NCBI GenBank assembly: GCA_002714425.1
Contig: PAXI01000005.1
Coordinates: 100,877 to 164,876, forward strand
DNA: 64,000 nt
Direction: 5' to 3'
Source: Chloroflexota bacterium
Lineage (GTDB): Bacteria > Chloroflexota > Dehalococcoidia > Lucifugimonadales > Lucifugimonadaceae
Translations under genes and position numbers: made by a program
Notes under the pieces: generated by a model
What the model saw: only the letters and a program-made list of their open reading frames with translations
Told to the model about the DNA's origin: nothing
The model's database searches: none
Shown: one piece after another, positions 58,176-64,000 of the stretch
How positions within the stretch are numbered: the first letter of the stretch is position 1
How the letters are laid out: each line of letters opens with the position of its first letter

Positions 58176-59252
58176 TTAGCTTAATCTCCATTTTATAGAT
58201 AATTCATTTGTAATATCCTTAAACCAATCTATTACTTCTGGGTGATATGGTATACCATTTTTACGTCTTTCAATTTCTTCTTCGTATTCTGGTAGTCCAG
58301 CATAAAATACTCTAGACGCACCCTCAATAGGTGGAGTTGATTTAATTTCATTCATATATTGATCCATATCAGACTTAAATTTATCAATATCTGTAAATGC
58401 TTCAATGTTATATGCGATAAAGTGATGAGAAACGGAGCCTTCCCTATTAGGACCCGCTCCTGTAGAACCTAGTAATCCACACATAATTTCAACCCATATA
58501 CCTAAACTAGCACCCTTATGAGAACCATTTTCTCTAGAACCACCTGTAGGAAGCATAAAATATCCTTCAGGCACTTCTTTTTCTTCGAGAATTGGGTTTC
58601 CTGATGAATCAGTTACCCATCCTGGTGCAACAGGGACATTTAGTCTTTGGGCTAATGCTATTTTATTTCCAGCAACTGAACTCATAGAAGCATCAAAAAT
58701 AAATGGAGCTTCAGTGTTTGTTGGGACGGCAATAGCTATTGGATTCAATCCAAACATAGGCTTAGAACCATCAACAGGAACTACCTGCATTCCTCCTGTT
58801 GTCATAGATAAGCCGATCATATCATGGTCTAATGCCATTCCAGCATGAAATGCTGCAGCTCCAAAGTGCTTACCATTTCGAGCTGTAATCGTACCTATAC
58901 CATATTTTTTTGCTCTCTCTATAGCCATATCCATAGCCATAGGGCCAACAACCAATCCATGACCATCATCGCAATCAAGTAATGCAGCTGCAGGCATATC
59001 TCTTATAATTTTCGGTTTAGGTGTAGGGTTAATATCTCCTTTATTAAAAGCCTCAACGTATCTTCTCAACATATTAGAAACACCATGCGATTCAATTCCT
59101 CTAACATCAGCATAAACTAAAACTTCTGATGCCTTATTCGCATCATCATGAGACATACCCATTTTCATAAAAATGTCCAAAACCGTTGCGTGCATATCTT
59201 CAGGTTTGATTTTTACAGCAATATCATTTGGAACATGAAATCTTTCTAACAA
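58176..59252 (-). CDS. Ldh_2 family oxidoreductase (malate/L-lactate/L-sulfolactate dehydrogenase-like)
   Basis: ADVRGIESHGV, HFGAA, G.NPIA, HKG; AGGAG SD with TTG start. Confidence 0.93.
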   Translation of the reverse strand: MLERFHVPNDIAVKIKPEDMHATVLDIFMKMGMSHDDANKASEVLVYADVRGIESHGVSNMLRRYVEAFNKGDINPTPKPKIIRDMPAAALLDCDDGHGLVVGPMAMDMAIERAKKYGIGTITARNGKHFGAAAFHAGMALDHDMIGLSMTTGGMQVVPVDGSKPMFGLNPIAIAVPTNTEAPFIFDASMSSVAGNKIALAQRLNVPVAPGWVTDSSGNPILEEKEVPEGYFMLPTGGSRENGSHKGASLGIWVEIMCGLLGSTGAGPNREGSVSHHFIAYNIEAFTDIDKFKSDMDQYMNEIKSTPPIEGASRVFYAGLPEYEEEIERRKNGIPYHPEVIDWFKDITNELSIKWRLS

Positions 59253-59272
59253 ATTTATCTCCTTTTTTTCTA

Positions 59273-60043
59273 CTAAACCTTGAATTTTTCTTTATATTCT
59301 TTAATTTTCTCACTAACCATTTTAGTTCCAACTAATAATGGATCACTAATATTCATCATTTGGTAACCTTCAGGAATCCATCTTTCACAGTCATCTAAAT
59401 TAGTAAAAGTCGTTGCTAAAAATTTATCACTATTCTTTATTTTAGAAGCAACATCGATCATTATATTTTCTACCTTAGAATTATGTATATCACCTGGTAT
59501 TCCTAAAGAAGCAGAAAGGTCAGTTGGGCCTAATAATAAAACTTCGTATCCTGGAATTTTCAAAATCTCATCAATATTTTCATATGCTTCTAAACTTTCC
59601 ATCTGAAGTATCAATAAAGTTTCATTATTAGCATTTTTTAATACTTCCTCAAGAGAAATTTCTAAATAGCTTGCAAAAAATGGTGATATACCTCGTTCTC
59701 CAATGGGCGGATATTTCGCATATTTTACAGCTAATGTTGCTTCTTCAGGAGTATCAACCTGAGGAACCATTACTCCAACAGCACCAATGTCATATGCTTT
59801 TTTAATATCTCCAGGATTATTATAAGGAACTCTTATTACAGGAGCACAAGCATTCTGCCTACCTTGTACACATATTGTTCCTATAGATTCTGTACCATAA
59901 GGAGCATGTTCTTGATCAATCCAAACCCAATCACACCCTGTTTGATAAATTCTTTGAGCAACAAATGGCTCCCTAGTAAACATTCCTGTCCCGATTACAG
60001 GATTGCCTGAAGATAATTTTTTTCTTACTTCGCTTGGATACAT
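59273..60043 (-). CDS. HpcH/HpaI class II pyruvate aldolase (2-keto-3-deoxy sugar acid aldolase-like)
   Basis: WIDQEH, IRVP, D.GA.GVMVPQV, KYPP.G.RG, QMES, GPTDLSASLG. Confidence 0.93.
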   Translation of the reverse strand: MYPSEVRKKLSSGNPVIGTGMFTREPFVAQRIYQTGCDWVWIDQEHAPYGTESIGTICVQGRQNACAPVIRVPYNNPGDIKKAYDIGAVGVMVPQVDTPEEATLAVKYAKYPPIGERGISPFFASYLEISLEEVLKNANNETLLILQMESLEAYENIDEILKIPGYEVLLLGPTDLSASLGIPGDIHNSKVENIMIDVASKIKNSDKFLATTFTNLDDCERWIPEGYQMMNISDPLLVGTKMVSEKIKEYKEKFKV

Positions 60044-60161
60044 CTCAAACCGCCTAAATTAGATAATTATTTGAAAAATGTTACATCCACATAAAGATTA
60101 ATGAAATAAAAAAAGTTATTTATATTATTATTTTTACACTATTTAGGAAAATAATAAAAAA

Positions 60162-61298
60162 CTATGCCTTCATTCCAAAAAAGAATCTGAAAAACCTTAT
60201 TCTTTTTATAACCTCAAAAATCAAGTAGCAAATCAAGAGTGTAATAAATATCGATAAAATTACCTGAATAGTCGCCGGTAAAGATATTTTCACTACTTTT
60301 GATACAACAAACTGCTGTACAGGAAGATGTATGATATAAACAGGATAAACAGAAATTGTAAAGTATGTAAGAAATCTTGATTTTTTATTTATAAATCTTG
60401 AAGTAAATCCTACAGAAGCTAGAATCCAATTTGATGCTTCAAATGCAGTTAATATATTAAGTATAAACCTTGGTAAAAGCATTTCTCCGTCACTAAATGT
60501 AGGAAATATTATAATCATCCTAACAATAAAAAGTATAATTGCTATACCTAAACAAAATGTGCTTATTTTTCTAACTGATTCCCAAAACAATTCCCCTATG
60601 CTTATAAATAGCATACCCATATAAAAACAAATTAAACCTAGAAAAAAACCATGAAGATTATCAAAAATAAAAAACCAAACATGATTTGCAAATGATTCGG
60701 TATTGATTATCCCACCAATTAACATTAAGGGTAAGGAAAAAATTAGTAATAAACCAAACCTTTTTTTCAAGATTTTTTCAGTTATCTTTTTAAATGGTAA
60801 ATTATTATTTTTTAGTAATTTAAAAATTTGAAATATAGCAAATAAAAAAATGTATACTTGTATTGCCCACAAAAACCATAAATGACCTGGATTTAAGAGT
60901 TCACCCGATATTATCCTAGTTAGATTTTCCGATAAAGTGAAAGTATTTTTTCTATAAAAACTTTCAAAAATAATCGACGAAATAGGCACAATAAACCAAG
61001 ACCCGAAAAGTAATGGCATAGATATTCTCAAAACTCGATCATTAAAAAATTTACTCAGAGACCTCCTTTTTAATGAAAATGCAGCACCCATGCCAGCAAC
61101 TAAAAAAATTATGGGAATTCTCCAAATATTTAAAGCTTGAGATGCTAATAAAAAGTAATAAGAAGGATCATTTTCAGGTACATCTAATGATATAAAACCA
61201 ATTCCAGTAATCTCAGGAGATAATACAATAATGATATGGTAAATTATCAAAAGTATTACAGCTATTGATCTAATTGCGTCTACTTCATATTTTCTCAT
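60162..61298 (-). CDS. Acyltransferase-3 family membrane protein (MdoC-like)
   Basis: D.IRS....L.IYH, WRIP..F..AG, HLWFL, YPVYIIH. Confidence 0.88.
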   Translation of the reverse strand: MRKYEVDAIRSIAVILLIIYHIIIVLSPEITGIGFISLDVPENDPSYYFLLASQALNIWRIPIIFLVAGMGAAFSLKRRSLSKFFNDRVLRISMPLLFGSWFIVPISSIIFESFYRKNTFTLSENLTRIISGELLNPGHLWFLWAIQVYIFLFAIFQIFKLLKNNNLPFKKITEKILKKRFGLLLIFSLPLMLIGGIINTESFANHVWFFIFDNLHGFFLGLICFYMGMLFISIGELFWESVRKISTFCLGIAIILFIVRMIIIFPTFSDGEMLLPRFILNILTAFEASNWILASVGFTSRFINKKSRFLTYFTISVYPVYIIHLPVQQFVVSKVVKISLPATIQVILSIFITLLICYLIFEVIKRIRFFRFFFGMKA

Positions 61299-61344
61299 AA
61301 AATAGCCCTTTATTATTTTCTACTTATTCATATATATTATTAGT

Positions 61345-61866
61345 ATGAATTTAGAAGAACTAATAATAGCATTTTTTCGTATTTTAGCATCAACAATAGT
61401 ATTTAAATTTAATTTTATTGGTGGACTATTTGTAATTTTTATAGATTTTTCAGACCTCATTATTATGAACATGATAAATCTTGGAGGAGTAAGAAATTAT
61501 CAATCTTTAGATAAAATTCTTGATCTTTTCTATATGAGTTATTTCCTAATTATTTCTTTGAAATGGGAAAAAACAATCAAAAAGATCAGTTTTTCCCTAT
61601 TTTTCATGAGAATGATTGGATTAGTTTTTTTTGAATTAACAGGAACGAGAATGATTCTTCTAATTTTTCCAAATGTCTTTGAATTTTGGTTTATAGGAAT
61701 CACATTTTTTAAGTTTAGAAAAATCCAGATTTCAAATAGAAATATTTTTTGGATTTTGATAATATCTATAATCTTAAAAATAGTCCATGAATTTATACTT
61801 CATTATTGGAAAATTCTTGATAAATATACATTATTGGAATTTATTGAAAAAATAACTAATTTTTAA
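61345..61866 (+). CDS. Hypothetical membrane protein
   Basis: Hydrophobic 173-aa ORF, YQSLDKILDLFY, FPNVFEFWF. Confidence 0.75.
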   Translation: MNLEELIIAFFRILASTIVFKFNFIGGLFVIFIDFSDLIIMNMINLGGVRNYQSLDKILDLFYMSYFLIISLKWEKTIKKISFSLFFMRMIGLVFFELTGTRMILLIFPNVFEFWFIGITFFKFRKIQISNRNIFWILIISIILKIVHEFILHYWKILDKYTLLEFIEKITNF

Positions 61867-63223
61867 TTTGATTATAACTTTTCAAAGCTTCTTCTCTTGA
61901 GCTGTATAAATCTATTATAGGTTCATAATAATCGATATTTTTTTGTTCCCAAGGTGTATGTATATATTTCGTTTCAGTTTGAGATAGTTCAGGAATATAT
62001 TTTCTTATGTATTCACCATTTAGATCAAATTTTTTCGACTGAAGAACAGGATTGAAAATTCTAAAATATGGGGCTGCATCAGCACCAGATCCAGCAACCC
62101 ATTGCCAACTAGCACTATTACTCGCTAAATCAGCATCCACTAAACATTCCCAAAACCAATCTCGACCATGATGCCAATGTATTTGTAAGTTTTTCACTAA
62201 AAATGATGCAACAATCATCCTAACTCTATTATGTATATATCCTGTTTCCCATAGCTGTCTCATTCCTGCGTCTATTATTGGGAAGCCTGTTTTACCTTTT
62301 TTCCAGAGACTGAATAGTTTTTCATCATATCTCCAGGGAAAATTATCAAATTTTTTTTGAAAATTCTCTTCATCTAATTTCTTAAAATGATGCAGTAAAT
62401 AGTATGAAAATTCTCTCCATCCAATCTCGCTTAAAAAATGATCACTATCTTTATCAAGGGGATGCTTTTTTATCTCATGCCATATCTGATTTACTGATAT
62501 TTCTCCAAAATGTATGTGAGGAGAAAGCATAGAATTATTTTTACCAGAGGGAAAATCCCTCAACTTTTTATAGCCTATTAGTCCCTGACTAATAAAATTT
62601 AATAATTTATTTTTTGCATGAAATTCGCCTATATCCCAATACTTTAATATTTTCTTATTCCATTTTTTGTTGTCAGATAAACCTAGTAAATCGATAGGTT
62701 TTTTTTCATTATAAGAAAAAAAATTTATATTTCTACTAACATGAATAGGTTTTCTAGGTTCATCAGATAATGACAAGCAACCTTTTCTATAAAATGGAGT
62801 AAATACTTTATATGGAAGTCCATCGCTTTTTAAAACATCCGTAGGTTCCCATAACAATGAAGCATTAAATTTATTAACTTCAACATTTATTTTTCTTAAT
62901 GATTTCTCAATTTTTGACTCTAGCGAGGACAATTCTGGTTCAAAAGATTTATTCCAAACTACATTTTCAATGTTGTGTTTTTTACATAAAGATAAAATAA
63001 TATGAAGTGAATTACCAGAAAAAAAATTTAAGTTATTATCTAAGCTTTTATCTAACGATAATAATGAATTATGTAACCATAATTTACTTGCGGAGCCAAT
63101 TTTTGAGTTTTCGTCATGAATGTATATGGGAAGAACTAAACCCTTCTTGGATGAAAAATTAAGTCCAGGGTTATCATTAATTCTAAGGTCATTTTTGAAC
63201 CAAAATAATACAGTTTTGCTCAT
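61856..63223 (-). CDS. phrB: Deoxyribodipyrimidine photolyase
   Basis: WFKNDLRINDN, YKVFTPF, LSPHIHFGEIS, WREF, TGYIHNRVRM, WQWVAGSG.DAAPYFRIFNP. Confidence 0.96.
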   Translation of the reverse strand: MSKTVLFWFKNDLRINDNPGLNFSSKKGLVLPIYIHDENSKIGSASKLWLHNSLLSLDKSLDNNLNFFSGNSLHIILSLCKKHNIENVVWNKSFEPELSSLESKIEKSLRKINVEVNKFNASLLWEPTDVLKSDGLPYKVFTPFYRKGCLSLSDEPRKPIHVSRNINFFSYNEKKPIDLLGLSDNKKWNKKILKYWDIGEFHAKNKLLNFISQGLIGYKKLRDFPSGKNNSMLSPHIHFGEISVNQIWHEIKKHPLDKDSDHFLSEIGWREFSYYLLHHFKKLDEENFQKKFDNFPWRYDEKLFSLWKKGKTGFPIIDAGMRQLWETGYIHNRVRMIVASFLVKNLQIHWHHGRDWFWECLVDADLASNSASWQWVAGSGADAAPYFRIFNPVLQSKKFDLNGEYIRKYIPELSQTETKYIHTPWEQKNIDYYEPIIDLYSSREEALKSYNQIKN

Positions 63224-63283
63224 TTAAGTACTTTCTAGTTTATGAGGGATATATTTTAATTTTATCTTAAATAGAGGAGTAAA

Positions 63284-63556
63284 ATGAAAAAAAACATCCC
63301 AAATCCATGGATTGCGTTATTCTTAAACTCTTTTGTACCAGGTTTAGGATACTTCTACTGTGGAACAAAATGGAAATGGTTTAACATAACTTTAATATTT
63401 ATAGAAATTTTACGTTATCTTGAACTGATATTTTTTGGTACTTCATTCGACAACAAATCAATGTATCAATTATTCATTGGAATAATTCTAGGAACTATTT
63501 TTGGAATAGATGCCTTCAGAGATGCATACTTATTAAGGAAAAAAAATGTTACTTAA
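63284..63556 (+). CDS. Small membrane protein (TM2-like N-terminus)
   Basis: NPWIALFLNSFVPGLGYFY.G; GAGGAG SD. Confidence 0.75.
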   Translation: MKKNIPNPWIALFLNSFVPGLGYFYCGTKWKWFNITLIFIEILRYLELIFFGTSFDNKSMYQLFIGIILGTIFGIDAFRDAYLLRKKNVT

Positions 63557-64000
63557 GGTGGAATTACTCAGAGAAAGAATTAGGGGCGTAATTACGAATA
63601 AAAGTGAACAAGGTTATAATACCAAAGGCTTGATAGAAAAACTTGAATTAATCGAGGATAGTTTTGATGAATTAATAAAATTTGGAATAGGCTTGTCTGA
63701 CATTAGAATTAATGAAGATTGGCCATACATAGAACCAAATAACTTGGATGATATTCGTGAAGAATCAAAAAATAATAGACCCACAAAAATAATAAAAAAA
63801 ATTGATCTTAAATTATCTAACGAAAAAATAAAAGCTGCATTTTTAGGTTCAATTTGTGGATGTATACTTGGTAAACCTTTAGAAACTTCATTAACTGGAA
63901 AAGAAATAAAAGAAGCTCTTGTAAAAATTAATGAATGGCCATTAAGTTATTATGTTCCAAAAAAAATTAAAGATGCCCTGCCAAGAGTCCATGATTCTTT
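63546..64000 (+). CDS. ADP-ribosylglycohydrolase family protein (3'-truncated by window edge; absent from ORF track)
   Basis: ATG at 63546 opens MLLKVELLRER..WPYIEP..IKAAFLGSICGCILGKPLE..WPL..Y, open to the end of the window. Confidence 0.8.
   Translation, partial: MLLKVELLRERIRGVITNKSEQGYNTKGLIEKLELIEDSFDELIKFGIGLSDIRINEDWPYIEPNNLDDIREESKNNRPTKIIKKIDLKLSNEKIKAAFLGSICGCILGKPLETSLTGKEIKEALVKINEWPLSYYVPKKIKDALPRVHDS

Overview
A very AT-rich, densely packed bacterial chromosome segment. Gene content, gene order and the paralogue families present (MR/MLE enolase, AKR, amidohydrolase, HpcH aldolases, Ldh2, several MFS, DUF3105, N-terminally extended GuaA, dapL-dapF) suggest a streamlined marine Chloroflexota (Dehalococcoidia/SAR202-like) organism. 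This assignment is inference, and a photolyase hints at a sunlit habitat. Contents: alaS-ruvX-aroECKB; a divergent sugar/sugar-acid catabolic cassette; hisZGDCB; guaA-VOC-purDBC-DUF3105-purS; tsaC-prenyltransferase-pgk-tpiA-miaA-dapF-dapL-hflX; ctpA-smpB-ssrA (tmRNA, tag AGDKEFALAA); an iron-chelate/cobalamin-type ABC transporter; zur-znuA; a near-complete futalosine menaquinone operon lacking mqnB; mutL; pyrD; an aldolase/Ldh2/MFS/HAD/ribokinase run; an acyltransferase; a photolyase; and a partial ADP-ribosylglycohydrolase. I saw no mobile element, CRISPR array, rRNA or tRNA. Most notable: (1) DapF with both catalytic cysteines replaced by serine; (2) single-base anomalies in three nucleotide-biosynthesis genes (purC frameshift, guaA PP-loop Ser to Leu, pyrD ACG start), which may be real or sequencing error; (3) a prenyltransferase-fold protein with both DDxxD motifs eroded; (4) a Cys4-tagged rhomboid beside a Zur with a Cys/His insertion and a His-repeat ZnuA.
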